DNA of 61,595 nucleotides from a virus: IMG/VR virus record IMGVR_UViG_3300049749_000001, positions 1 to 61,595 of that record; one strand, 5' to 3'. Shown piece by piece: positions 12,101 to 17,540 of this stretch (position 1 is its first letter; each line of letters starts with the position of its first letter). The notes under the pieces were generated by a model. It saw only the letters and a program-made list of their open reading frames with translations, ran no database searches and was not told where the DNA came from. The position numbers and the translations under genes were made by a program.

Positions 12101-13238
12101 TCTCACCGTCAATTTCAACCGCCACGGCTCGAAAGGCGTCGAGCTCAACATGTGGTATATGTTTCTCAACGCCTCGATCCAGGGCACCGCACGGCTTATG
12201 AAGGCAATGAGCAATGCCCAGGTGCAAAGAATCGTGGGCGGAATCGTTGCATCCGGTTTTCTCCTGGACCTGTTGGCGCGGTCACTGGCGGCGGATGACG
12301 ACGACGACGGCGAGAACGACTACGATCAACTCGCAGAGCACACGAAGAGTATGAATTTCGTGTTTTGGGTGGATGGGCGGGCACTGACGTTGCCAATGCC
12401 CTACGGTTACAACTTTTTCGCAAGCGTAGGCCGCAAGATATCGGAAGCCATGTTCAGGGAGAACTACAGCGCGGTACGCAGTGCTACCGACCTTGCCGGC
12501 GTGTTTGTGGATGCCTTCTCGCCTACAGGCCAAGCCGGTTCAGGCTTGCAGTACGTGGCGCCGACCGTGGCCGACCCGTTCATAATGTGGGCGGAGAATA
12601 AAAACTTTGCCGGGGTGCCGTTGCGGCGCGAGCAACATCCGTTCGGCGTGCCCAAGCCTGAGTATTTGATGGGGCAACGGTCCAACAGTGCGCCGGCGAA
12701 GTGGCTGGCGGAAGTGCTGAACGTGGAGACTGGCGGAAACGAGATTCGACCCGGGGCGATTAACCTGAATCCGGCTCTGTTCGACTTCGCGGTATCCTCG
12801 GCATTGGGCGGCGCGGGCAGGAGCTACCTGCAGGCGTTCAGCTTGCCGTTCAAGCTCGCCCAGGGAGACGATATCCAGGCGCGTGAGGTACCGTTTGCCA
12901 ACATCGCGCTATCCGCGAAGCCTGAATACCAGACCGAAAAGAAGTTTTGGGAGCACTACCGCAAGGTGGAGCGGGCGAAAAACGAGATTAAGCATTTCCG
13001 CGAAACCGGCAACCTGGGGAAAGTGGCCGAACTGCGCGAAGAGCGCGGCGAACTGAAACTCGTGGACCTAGCGCACCACACGGACCGAACCCTCGACAAC
13101 ATACGCAAGAGGGAGCTCGTGCTTGAGAAACGGGATCCAGAGAACAAGCGCGAACTGAAGGAAAAGCTGGAACAGCAACGGCGGGCAGCGATGGCGCACT
13201 TCAACAAGCGTTATACCGCAGTCACCGCCGAGCAATAA
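3..13238 (+). CDS. Giant polyvalent protein, C-terminal 4,411 aa (same gene as 57073-61595; about 5,877 aa on the circle)
   Basis: The ORF track has 21..13238, but the frame is already open from nt 3. It contains MTase, helicase, zincin-like and ART-like motifs and ends at TAA 13236-13238, followed by a hairpin terminator. Confidence 0.9.
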   Translation, partial: GTLTVDVEELYKKVRKQADEQAPPAPTEEPNLKAARDLLAERKEVIGNKTREGYLKGKVRALAKKTPMSHEKTVATLDIIATRLDMDDLQFMEEAPAPKAEPADKGDRATAYFRGDLAEYTGNTETIHGRLFYEVKVLEGPDKGNLKVITDPPGGDKTPPKQQEKKPVTPQITPPKAEQEEKSDLPSFTKDEILFDEHGQLHRVEGMDERGNHIRVTRNPDQLSERVILMREDRFNRLRQEDKEYRESIKPPEKKSKFHAGDDSTNDAIRELRGLSHDEDQPGDVALGNKKYVSFDDAVRVAREGIDSGEVQAVPFQVVNRLDLTFRDVDRVIAAATTAEKPAEKPVFAKGERVSFRTTIGREHQGKVARDTFGVSLVLVKADGDSKPLYVDQDKITRLDVPKRRPEANPDAEWWKGLTGQGRRLVMQAAGVELPDSVLWNFIKAEVKAKLLAHRGAAEEKPATKRKAEIVDNGDTNPGEFIVREGVQNHGRFSIGAKGTPTGVKYFFDNSETRGLVDEAIAEFIRERGATKPPEADKPPTLAELKQLLLDSQNRLDNQIVQDDRLIQKIAALKKAVAEGEADERKAKAKKDLDDALADLGDIFGKDIRSSILPEQEHKLIPVLARVMDAALRMGYYKFKDASRFVLKTIRAKLGDDVADQLTIDHLQGAYISMAGKYKDEGADSKKDVIGVESLDEIGDGATIDETDTKGAQNENRNEPGTAPGTTGDGPLEGAPPEEVPGVEGGGATGSGSNEGSGADDGRTGDADGTGVPPGGSLGSGTGETPVPAGGTGNLGGSTGEPAIPGGATGADDAQPDNPGRVEAGDYRITESTRLGEGGAKGKYKGNVAAIRLMRELLDSGRKATPEEQDTLARYVGWGGIPQAFDKDKADWSKEHKELKALLTPEEWETAVESTQYAHYTSENVIRSMYDAAAHLGFGGGTILEPGSGVGNFIGLMPDSIRNKTRFTGVERESIAGGIAKLLYPNQNIQQADFTAFNATDGYFDFVIGNPPFSDTKLTDISGRKHLSGLSIHNYFFAKAVDMLRDGGILMQVVTSSFMDAKRDKARNYIGERTTLLGAIRLPNSAFMGNAGTDVTTDIIFLQKLPESQWSSKVAKEDAQRWQGLGEVFDPLGGAKIPINQYFVDHPEMMLGTMQRVGGRYHEDMPGLVAHPGNVGKMLAKAISKLPANVYVDIAKANTGAMEGALAEAMANLDVEVNGYFVRNDKLYQRVNDIAGEQRAVLLTPNTQWTEKQQLGENKHARLKKVSELRTTLRQLINAERNGDESMKELRAKLNEQYDEFVKGGLIHDRGSIQLFGDDPDFPLLASLERSYDAGISEGAAKKQGIKPVKSSAKKADIFTKAVVSVREAVDKADTPVDALMIAIAEKGRIDAPFIGELLGRDGAEVLEELTKGDEPALFKDPESGGYLLRDEYLSGNVRKKYALAQAAGMYDNADALKRVIPEDIPSHEIVGRLGAPWVPSEVYEDFIRHMLGDQTQVQVRYVKALSSFAIQVMEASDVSNWNTYGVAASGEDRHAGKSAVEIISALLNNRQIAVRTRPDREGRTELVKDATDEANDKAAILRENFTDWLMQDADRAEKVGRIYNDTVNNYVERKFLGNILKFPGKVPDSIIKFRRHQTNAIARILQEGRALLDHVVGSGKTFTVIGAAQELKRTGLARKSMIVVPNHLVKQWAADYYRLYPGANILAATKKDFERQNRRQFLARIATGNWDAIIIAHSSYGFIKPDPNFEEQFNYEVIREIMDAIAELKGDGATEPDQATKRTIKQLAKMKEKLEQRIKSLRDRNMDALLDLGQLGVDQIFVDEAHLFKNLMYTTKMQNVRGLNNPTGSQRAYDMIIKTRQIMAANGHQRGVVFATGTPISNSMAEMYHMLRYLYPDGLSDMGMETFDAWANSFAEVEQVWMQSLTGAGFKATNRMSRFVNAADLLKMYNQVTDTVTQRDVQEAYREENDGKEFPLPKLKDGKRTPVSLKKTAALADYMLEIASRAQAVEQRGRPPEEGEDNVLSIMTDARKAAMDMRLVDLDATERDPEGRIAMAGKEVIERYHKYHDVLGTQLIFSDMGTPLKHARKEMVEYEALRATIAAGADPDTIARAELGDEAAMTKIEEAEKAQETLDGKGQDWLDAIKAAIRGFSIYDDMRAYLMENGVPEKEIAFIHDYNTDDQKAALFAAVNAGKIRILLGSTAKMGAGTNVQQRLVAIHHIDVPWKPSDIEQREGRIIRQGNLFATPPTEDAPNPLYNPDFEVEILAYATQDSLDLFMWQVQEKKLGMINQLREGKVGREFDNAFEEMQMSAGEMQAAATSNPYLMEEIVLKDKIKKLERQQKSHVAQGNDLITREKKARKAIAELPATIKAMEKVDSEARAYHAAMEAREVPATIDGKQYTKRAAATAYIRDILDDHQERYERQEADNSIRKLQATIDNALNKTDNEPKLDETLSKSKLAKPIKIDGKDYVSISAISDRIRMIYGDADPIAFERGDQTLYTRSAIRDAIRDDYARAVEEETTVPMGSFGNFEVSVLVKKARDKKMEIEIYAPAQLSDGTDLGSYYVGEYHDKVAALPDIDKWIRAASTHAHGVEWSLNNSRRELEQAHKTINDLGRMPERQEWAGKEELAQARERYREVLKLIVALANPAPTVKPDGKYHVMRKAEAAQAMGGQPTDEAKADPRFYVWTEGMILVDGSKDGFPTEFDAGVWLARKQGKPIAVPSHTEARHGQGIAGITKLQDRTRAEEPAFSRQPKKATPPGGFSASALPKTHTQAIVDAIRGKWKNAPEVVIVDDMNDPAIPGAVRKENERQLSQGAKGEPEGFIAGGKVYVVASQMRAPGDVVRVLLHESLGHFGLRGLYGAGLDKILRQIAALRRKEVEAKARQYGLDMKVEKDKLRAAEEVLAEMAQTNPQSGFVQRAIAAIRTWLRENIEYFKDMKLSDGEIINNYLIPAREFVQRGAPQGGQASGVTAFQRVWHGTPHIWPPEPGFAHGRPRLDMIGSGEGAAAFGWGFYTAESRRIGEEYHRILSSRNPVILRAGLNAIVPSNEIEEYALGRLLRELRYAQDDTAINRAIKRVILDARSSRKKGMNAPGKLALEDGIASYVEKLWDQRLTLQREGGALYHLDIPDSALPYLLDWDKPLGEQPPKVKAALNIVRARLESVDLLEDYLDAKNADWEELTGAELYLQILDRAATDDALPYGVPGIEEALTYNKTKKAVSLYLTSLGIVGNRYLDGVSRKKGEGNYNYVIWDQEVLDKIALLERNGTALDAMREAEEAFSRNSRNGTERETQTDTPEFRKWFKGSKVTDENGKPLPMVHVSPKGNIEVFKPGSDGGVWFSPLHDTTEADIVASYGNDFIENPNPDEYPDVAVGATYYPVYLKANNPATGKDADDFYNGKVSAKALQKKGYDGVTWDDGVTVVFKPEQIKSAIGNNGAFDATNPDINFSRSTPNPKVEAAKSWLDGVTDSLIYNFVDRFKPLRDIQKRAGAVPERQDASLAEERYSGMVRARTDDFHNDLRDPLLKAIHDGKLDYDQVEEYLHALHAPSRNAHMKSINPTAEELQARLDALSKERDELTRNRDVKRYIKLRREQRQAQADIDEVIADESLGRMIAQEMTKLRKVPAVKSYVDATEKLRALRDVKPFDGDNTALSGMSNAEAKAVIEKARKAGKIRALEKVSAIVDTITAQTRQIYVEAGLEKAETIEGWESLYEHYVPLHRDEVGGNTNPPIGQGYSIRGRESKRATGSTKEVTDILAHIVASHEAAIVRAEKTKVDLALYRFAMSHPDPDVWTLDAAPKLRMVDPTSGVVAERIDPLYKNRANVLTLKIGGEEHTITFTESNPEAMRLAVSLKNLGMQELGQVTQVIGKVTRFLATMSTSANPVFVARNFLRDIQTSFVNLSDTELAGMKKQVFADLPSAIKGMWNMSRGDRKSKWAKYAHQFRAAGGQTGWMEHYGSIGERADGLRKQLAAMDPTKINLAKQTARAWWELIEDANGAVENGVRLAAFVNARKAGLSEGKAAALAKNLTVNFNRHGSKGVELNMWYMFLNASIQGTARLMKAMSNAQVQRIVGGIVASGFLLDLLARSLAADDDDDGENDYDQLAEHTKSMNFVFWVDGRALTLPMPYGYNFFASVGRKISEAMFRENYSAVRSATDLAGVFVDAFSPTGQAGSGLQYVAPTVADPFIMWAENKNFAGVPLRREQHPFGVPKPEYLMGQRSNSAPAKWLAEVLNVETGGNEIRPGAINLNPALFDFAVSSALGGAGRSYLQAFSLPFKLAQGDDIQAREVPFANIALSAKPEYQTEKKFWEHYRKVERAKNEIKHFRETGNLGKVAELREERGELKLVDLAHHTDRTLDNIRKRELVLEKRDPENKRELKEKLEQQRRAAMAHFNKRYTAVTAEQ
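2470..3330 (+). other. N6-adenine DNA methyltransferase domain of the giant protein
   Basis: Motif I is ILEPGSGVGNFIG (about 2829-2867). Motif IV is GNPPFS (NPPF at 3030-3041). This is the gamma-class order seen in DarB-like MTase-helicase proteins. Confidence 0.8.
4890..6740 (+). other. SNF2/DEAD-like superfamily-2 helicase domain of the giant protein
   Basis: Walker A is VVGSGKTFT (about 4974-4988). DEAH is at 5472-5483. The C-terminal lobe has LIFSDMGTP, LLGSTAKMGAGTNVQ and QREGRIIRQGN. Confidence 0.85.
8250..8760 (+). other. Zincin-like metallopeptidase-type module of the giant protein
   Basis: KVYVVASQMRAPGDVVRVLLHESLGHFGLRGLYG, with HESLGH at 8559-8576. The spacing is HExxxH rather than the canonical HExxH, so catalytic competence is uncertain. 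Confidence 0.4.
8935..9100 (+). other. Conserved WHG(T)PH...GEG...GWG module of unknown function
   Basis: FQRVWHGTPHIWPPEPGFAHGRPRLDMIGSGEGAAAFGWGFYTAESRRIGEEY. From memory it resembles an N-terminal module recurring in plasmid and phage polyvalent proteins. Not verified. Confidence 0.35.
9895..10372 (+). other. ADP-ribosyltransferase-like (polyvalent-protein ART-type) module
   Basis: MVHVSPKGNIEVFKPGSDGGVWFSP..YPVYLKANNP..KKGYDGVTWDDGVTVVFKPEQIKSAIGNNGAFDATNPDINFSRS matches my recollection of the ART-PolyVal signature (..V.F.P.QIKSA..N.G.FD..N.DI.FS). Confidence 0.55.
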
Positions 13239-13251
13239 ATATGCCTGTTGG

Positions 13252-13284
13252 GTTGGGCGGAAAAATTTCGCCCAACTTTATTTT
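13252..13284 (+). terminator. Rho-independent terminator after the giant gene
   Basis: GTTGGGCG (13252-59), 9-nt loop, CGCCCAAC (13269-76), then TTTATTTT. It lies between convergent genes. Confidence 0.8.
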
Positions 13285-13288
13285 CACC

Positions 13289-13639
13289 TTATTCGGGCGG
13301 CTTCTCATCGGTACCTGTGCCGATGAAGCGGCGTACCATTGCTGACAGTTCCCTGTTGATATCCAGCAGTTCCTCGCTTTGCCGTATCGAGTCCTTTAGA
13401 TCGTCGGCGTATCTTTCCGCTAACTCTCCCGCATCACGAGCAACTTTCATGAGGTCATCCGAATACTTGCGAAGTTTGATAATCATCGCGCAATGCGGCG
13501 CCAGATCGTCCCTTAGCTTCTGAACCTCTGCATCGCGCAGTTGGTAGATTCGCTCAAAGTCACTGAACCGCACTGACGGCGTTTCGGCGGGAAGAGAGTT
13601 GACGTAACGTTCATACGCTTCTACTACAGTTTCAGTCAT
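13289..13639 (-). CDS. Hypothetical protein (116 aa, charged and helical)
   Basis: ORF 13289..13666. Start moved to ATG 13639, which is preceded by GAGGG. No family recognised. Confidence 0.6.
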   Translation of the reverse strand: MTETVVEAYERYVNSLPAETPSVRFSDFERIYQLRDAEVQKLRDDLAPHCAMIIKLRKYSDDLMKVARDAGELAERYADDLKDSIRQSEELLDINRELSAMVRRFIGTGTDEKPPE

Positions 13640-13649
13640 TCGTTTTCCC

Positions 13650-13808
13650 TCACCAGACCGCACCAAAAATCAGGATAGCCACGAACATCACCCCGACGAT
13701 GGGGAGCGCCGCGCGGTTCGCGTAGATTCCGCCGACAAAGCTCATCGTTGTGTATGCCAGCAGCGCCAAACTTAGCAAGATTAGCAACATTAGCAGTAGC
13801 AAATCCAT
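13650..13808 (-). CDS. Small two-helix membrane protein (52 aa)
   Basis: MDLLLLMLLILLSLALLAYTT...LPIVGVMFVAILIFGAVW. The ATG overlaps the parE stop (TAATG), which suggests translational coupling. Confidence 0.55.
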   Translation of the reverse strand: MDLLLLMLLILLSLALLAYTTMSFVGGIYANRAALPIVGVMFVAILIFGAVW

Positions 13809-14128
13809 TACTTCCTCACCCGTAGTTGTTTCCACCAGTTTTGAGAAGAGTGCTTGATGTGCACGATGCGCACGCCGTACATCGCTGGCAGGTAGAAGAT
13901 CAGGTACCGCTCGAAATCATCCACCCGCCATTTGCGCAAGCCCTTGAGTCGCGGGCGCGTCGTGTCTACTGGCGTACCCATCCCAGGAAACCTCAGTAGT
14001 TGACCGAAGGTGTAATTCACATCCTTGTCAAACTGCGCGGCCACTTCTACGCCCGCTTCCTGGTACAGATAAAGGAAGTGCCCAAGAATGTCGCGCCGTG
14101 CCAGCTTGTCTACCCTAGCCTCTGCCAT
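13808..14128 (-). CDS. parE: ParE/RelE-family type II toxin
   Basis: 106 aa. The layout ARRDILGHFLYLY...FPGMGTP...LRKWRVDDFERYLIFYLPAMYGVRIVHIKHSSQN is typical of ParE. It overlaps the upstream antitoxin gene by 14 nt. Confidence 0.75.
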   Translation of the reverse strand: MAEARVDKLARRDILGHFLYLYQEAGVEVAAQFDKDVNYTFGQLLRFPGMGTPVDTTRPRLKGLRKWRVDDFERYLIFYLPAMYGVRIVHIKHSSQNWWKQLRVRK

Positions 14129-14354
14129 TTTTCTTCTTCTTCGCGGCTTCCAGCGCAGTTACCTTCTCGACAAACTCTGCCCGCAAGTCTGCCCAAAACT
14201 TATCGTCTGCCACCACGGGCTCGCCTTCATCAAGCGCGGCTTCCAGTGTGTCCTCCAATTCCGTCTGCAACTGTTTGCGCCGCTCTTCCGGCAACAGGTG
14301 CCAGTAGGCCGGATCGAGTATCGTTTCCGGTTCCTCCGTCTGCTTTTTCCTCAT
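14115..14354 (-). CDS. Cognate antitoxin (addiction-module component, 79 aa)
   Basis: A small acidic protein (LPEERRKQLQTELEDTLEAALDEGEP) immediately upstream of and overlapping parE. Start ATG 14354 is preceded by AGGAGAG. Confidence 0.65.
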   Translation of the reverse strand: MRKKQTEEPETILDPAYWHLLPEERRKQLQTELEDTLEAALDEGEPVVADDKFWADLRAEFVEKVTALEAAKKKKNGRG

Positions 14355-14441
14355 GGTGTGCTCTCCTAGCATGTTTATAGTTATGTGAACAGGGACGATT
14401 CTGCGCTAAAAATCGAGAAAATGTTCCCCCCCTAATACGCG

Positions 14442-14480
14442 CTAACTACCCGGTAACTACGTTTAAGGTACGTTTAAGGA
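14442..14480 (-). promoter_or_regulatory. Direct repeats upstream of the TA operon (candidate operator)
   Basis: CTAACTAC and GTAACTAC lie 11 nt apart, followed by tandem 11-mers ACGTTTAAGGT and ACGTTTAAGGA (14459-14480). Confidence 0.4.
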
Positions 14481-14502
14481 CCATTTTGCTACCGGAACAA
14501 AA

Positions 14503-14886
14503 TTAACTGCCTTTCGTGCCTTGACTTTTTATAACAACCTTTTCGCCTTTATCCCATTCCATTTTTTTACGTGACTCCAGTTCGTACTCCGCCCACTCCG
14601 CGACGTCTGCCCAATCATTCTCCAAGGGTTTTTCGACTCTGCCATCGGGATACACAATCGGGTTCCAGGTGTCCAACCCTTCTACCGTGATTGGTTGGAC
14701 GATCAACATATCGTCAACCGCGCCATCCGTTATTATTTCCCATCCGATAATGGGGCGCAGGAACGGGAGATGCTTCTCAACCTCGCCGTCATCGTCAATC
14801 TGTCCAATCAGCTCCACGGTATGAAACCCAGGCTGTGCCGAAATGTATGCAGCCCGCTTTTTCATTTTCTTCAATGACTGTTCCAA
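14503..14886 (-). CDS. Hypothetical protein (127 aa)
   Basis: ORF with a TTG start preceded by AGGAGA. No family recognised. Confidence 0.6.
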   Translation of the reverse strand: MEQSLKKMKKRAAYISAQPGFHTVELIGQIDDDGEVEKHLPFLRPIIGWEIITDGAVDDMLIVQPITVEGLDTWNPIVYPDGRVEKPLENDWADVAEWAEYELESRKKMEWDKGEKVVIKSQGTKGS

Positions 14887-14919
14887 GTGTGTCTCCTGTG
14901 TCGTAAAAAATGTGTCGTG

Positions 14920-15288
14920 TCATTCAGGGGCGGGTATTTGTACTCGCTCTGCACCTTCCGGCAGTTCGCCCATCTGTTCTTTCGTCCACTCGTCCAGGCT
15001 ATCCCAAGACATATCGCGGCAATGGACGGTGCCATCCGGGAACAGTACCGCTTCCCCATCGGCTATCACCCCTTCGGGAGTAACCGGCTCGGGATAGGTG
15101 AAACACTCCTCACCGGGCAGCATTACCGTTTCAATACGCCAGCCTAGCAACGGACTGAAAAGAACTTCCCCATCGCACAGCGCAACTACGCGACAGCCTT
15201 TCTCTGCGGGCAGGTAGTCAACTTGGTGATATTCGGTTTGTTGGCGCCCTTGCAAGGTGGGCCTTACGTGCTTTACTGGTGATCCCAT
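14920..15288 (-). CDS. Hypothetical protein (122 aa)
   Basis: ORF 14920..15336. Start moved to ATG 15288, preceded by AGGAGA. Confidence 0.6.
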   Translation of the reverse strand: MGSPVKHVRPTLQGRQQTEYHQVDYLPAEKGCRVVALCDGEVLFSPLLGWRIETVMLPGEECFTYPEPVTPEGVIADGEAVLFPDGTVHCRDMSWDSLDEWTKEQMGELPEGAERVQIPAPE

Positions 15289-15366
15289 GTGCCGTCTCCT
15301 TGATAAATAGCCGTCATTCAATAAATGGTGCTTCATTCAATGACGGTAGTTTTTTTCTGCTGCGTT

Positions 15367-15738
15367 TTATGGTAGCGGTCCCCTCCTCTTCCCTGCTTCC
15401 ATCATTGCATCAGCGCATGTGTACGCATCCGATGCAAGATCACCAAAGCGAAGTTTTGCCGGTTCACGAAGATCAGCCACAAGCATCAGCTTCATCGCCT
15501 CCAGCGCAATGCGGTCCCGCATTGTCTCTTCCTGGGTCCAGGGGTTGAATACCGGCTTCTCTTCCTCCTTTGCCGCCTGTTCCGCCAGATATTCCCGCTT
15601 CCATCGGTTTATCAGGTGTACGGGTATATCGAGTTCCTTCGATAGCTCACTGGTTATCTTGTCTCCTTCTAGTGCCCGCTTGATAACTCTATCCCGTACT
15701 GCCTGGGGGTACTTTCTGTAGACGCGGATTTTGTGCAT
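15367..15738 (-). CDS. HTH DNA-binding protein with an IS3-OrfA-like N-terminus (123 aa)
   Basis: YPQAVRDRVIKRALEGDKITSELSKELDIPVHLINRWKREY resembles the transposase-8/IS3 OrfA HTH. There is no DDE ORF or inverted repeats nearby. It overlaps the recombinase 3' end by 70 nt. Confidence 0.55.
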   Translation of the reverse strand: MHKIRVYRKYPQAVRDRVIKRALEGDKITSELSKELDIPVHLINRWKREYLAEQAAKEEEKPVFNPWTQEETMRDRIALEAMKLMLVADLREPAKLRFGDLASDAYTCADAMMEAGKRRGPLP

Positions 15739-16301
15739 TGGTCGCTCCGTAAGTATTGATAGAGTGTTGCCCGACTAATGCCGTATTCCCTGGCCAACTT
15801 TGCTTTATTCGCGCCTTTCTTCTTTGCCCGTTCGCGTAGCCGGTCAAGATTCTCCGGGTTCAGCGTAGGCTTGCGGCCTTTGTAAATCCCCTTGCTCTTG
15901 GCAATTTCGATTCCTTCGCGTTGCCGTTCGCGGATGAGCGCCCGTTCAAATTCACTGAAGGCGCTCAACATCGTGAACATGAGCGTGCTGCGTGGATCCG
16001 CGGCGCCAGCAGTGAAGGTCATATTTTCCTTGACGAACTCAACCGAGACGCCCCGGGCGTTCAGTTCGCGTACCAGCCGTAGCATGTCCTCGACGTTACG
16101 CGCCAGCCGGTCCATGCTGTGCACCGTGAAGATATCGCCTTCCCTGGCGTGCGCCAGTGCCGCCAGCAGTTGCGGCCGGTTGGTATCCTTGCCTGATGCT
16201 TTATCTGTAAATACCTTGTCGAGCTCCAGGCCGTCCAGTTGCCGCACGTCGTTTTGTTCCACCGTGCTAACCCGAACGTACCCAATGCGTTGTGTATTCA
16301 T
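15669..16301 (-). CDS. Small serine recombinase (resolvase/invertase family)
   Basis: IGYVRVSTVEQNDVRQ (catalytic Ser block), DRLARNVEDML, SAFSEFERALIRERQREG, and a C-terminal HTH AREYGISRATLYQYL. Confidence 0.9.
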   Translation of the reverse strand: MNTQRIGYVRVSTVEQNDVRQLDGLELDKVFTDKASGKDTNRPQLLAALAHAREGDIFTVHSMDRLARNVEDMLRLVRELNARGVSVEFVKENMTFTAGAADPRSTLMFTMLSAFSEFERALIRERQREGIEIAKSKGIYKGRKPTLNPENLDRLRERAKKKGANKAKLAREYGISRATLYQYLRSDQCTKSASTESTPRQYGIELSSGH

Positions 16302-16361
16302 CTCCTGTGCCCCTTATTTTTATGAAATCTGTAAAGTTAGGCTCTACACCCAAAAAATCAT

Positions 16362-16409
16362 GTGTCTATAAAACAAAAAACCACCCTATCTATACACGTT
16401 TCTATACAC
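16362..16409. promoter_or_regulatory. Candidate recombinase site / promoter region (CTATAC-type repeats)
   Basis: GTGTCTATA (16362-70) and TCTATACAC x2 (16389-97 and 16401-09) lie directly upstream of the recombinase start. Confidence 0.3.
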
Positions 16410-16436
16410 ATTCCTCCTGTATGGTTTGGCTACACC

Positions 16437-16673
16437 CTATTCAGGCAAGCGATTGAGCTTTTCATCTTTGGTAAGGGAGTACAGGCGCTTCCTGTCTTTT
16501 GTTTTCTGGCCGCGTCGCGTCGTAAGGCCGCACCACAACATCCACATACCATAGGCAAAATCGACATGCTGCTGTGCTTCGTCCCATGAACCGGATACCC
16601 GCGCCAAATCCATGTGCGAAGTAATCCACTCTTCTGTTGCTTTCGTTATCTCGTCGTAGGTCCAGGTTTTCAT
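16437..16673 (-). CDS. Hypothetical protein (78 aa)
   Basis: Closed ORF packed tightly after 16676..17335. Confidence 0.55.
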   Translation of the reverse strand: MKTWTYDEITKATEEWITSHMDLARVSGSWDEAQQHVDFAYGMWMLWCGLTTRRGQKTKDRKRLYSLTKDEKLNRLPE

Positions 16674-16675
16674 GG

Positions 16676-17335
16676 CTATATCATGGTCAGAGTTGCGTTG
16701 TCCTTATCCATTGACAATTGATGGATTTCATTCCAGTTCCGGTTATATGCTGCTTTCTTGATATATCCGGCCATGGTCCGGGCGCTTTTGGGGCACCCTA
16801 GTTCATCGGCTCTTGCTATCAGCCGTTTGATCCCCTCGCCCTGCGCGTCATCAAGAAAATATTCCAGCATCAACCCATCGGGCAGCGATTCAATACCCGT
16901 TTCGTTGTCCCCCTCGATGCCGCCAACCATCGTAAGGACACGAGGGCGGGGAAAATCCGGCGTTAGTTCAGTTGGGTAACAAAGCGCGTAGTAGCGCGAT
17001 ATGAGGATTCTTTTTATCCATCCTTGCGGCTCGTCATGTACCGTGCGCAAGTTAGCCATTAGCCCCGGCCCGGAGCGCGGCGGCAGTTCGTCATAGATAA
17101 AGCGGACCCTGGGCCCGTACCAGTCAACTCCGGTATGGACCTCCCATTGTTTTATATCAGGCAGTTCGATGGTGCCCGCCACGGAATCGTCGGGCAAATA
17201 GCCGAAGAAGGTGAACTGTTTCCTCAGTTCGTTGTGGAAGTCCAGCGAATGCACCTGGGCATACCTATCTGGCAGTTCGTCGTGTGTCTTTGGATACCTG
17301 CCCGGTATTTGGAATTTGGGCTTTTTCTTTTTCAT
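16676..17335 (-). CDS. Hypothetical protein (219 aa)
   Basis: ORF 16676..17416. Start moved to ATG 17335 (MKKKKPKFQIPG). The upstream part of the ORF is occupied by a better small ORF. Confidence 0.6.
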   Translation of the reverse strand: MKKKKPKFQIPGRYPKTHDELPDRYAQVHSLDFHNELRKQFTFFGYLPDDSVAGTIELPDIKQWEVHTGVDWYGPRVRFIYDELPPRSGPGLMANLRTVHDEPQGWIKRILISRYYALCYPTELTPDFPRPRVLTMVGGIEGDNETGIESLPDGLMLEYFLDDAQGEGIKRLIARADELGCPKSARTMAGYIKKAAYNRNWNEIHQLSMDKDNATLTMI

Positions 17336-17375
17336 GCTTGATCGGCCTTCGCTGCCGCCTTCCGTAGTTTCTCGT

Positions 17376-17540
17376 TCATTGCTTCCTCTTTTGCTGCTTC
17401 TGCGCATGTTCCTCATCCTTGGCCATGGCTAGGGCGTCAATTGCGCAAATCCAAACGAATCTGTTCTGTTGCTTGGTGCCACAAACGAGCGTGCTGTGTC
17501 CTGCCCACCATTTTTCAAACTCTTCCCGTTCGTTAACCAT
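17376..17540 (-). CDS. Small hypothetical protein (54 aa, below the ORF-track cutoff)
   Basis: Hand-translated as MVNEREEFEKWWAGHSTLVCGTKQQNRFVWICAIDALAMAKDEEHAQKQQKRKQ. The ATG overlaps the stop of the upstream gene (ATGGTTAA). Confidence 0.4.
   Translation of the reverse strand: MVNEREEFEKWWAGHSTLVCGTKQQNRFVWICAIDALAMAKDEEHAQKQQKRKQ

Noticed and set aside
15367-16301. Insertion sequence or transposon (IS3-OrfA-like HTH plus a recombinase)
   Set aside because: There is no DDE transposase ORF, no terminal inverted repeats and no target-site duplication visible. The recombinase is a resolvase-type serine enzyme, consistent with plasmid multimer resolution.
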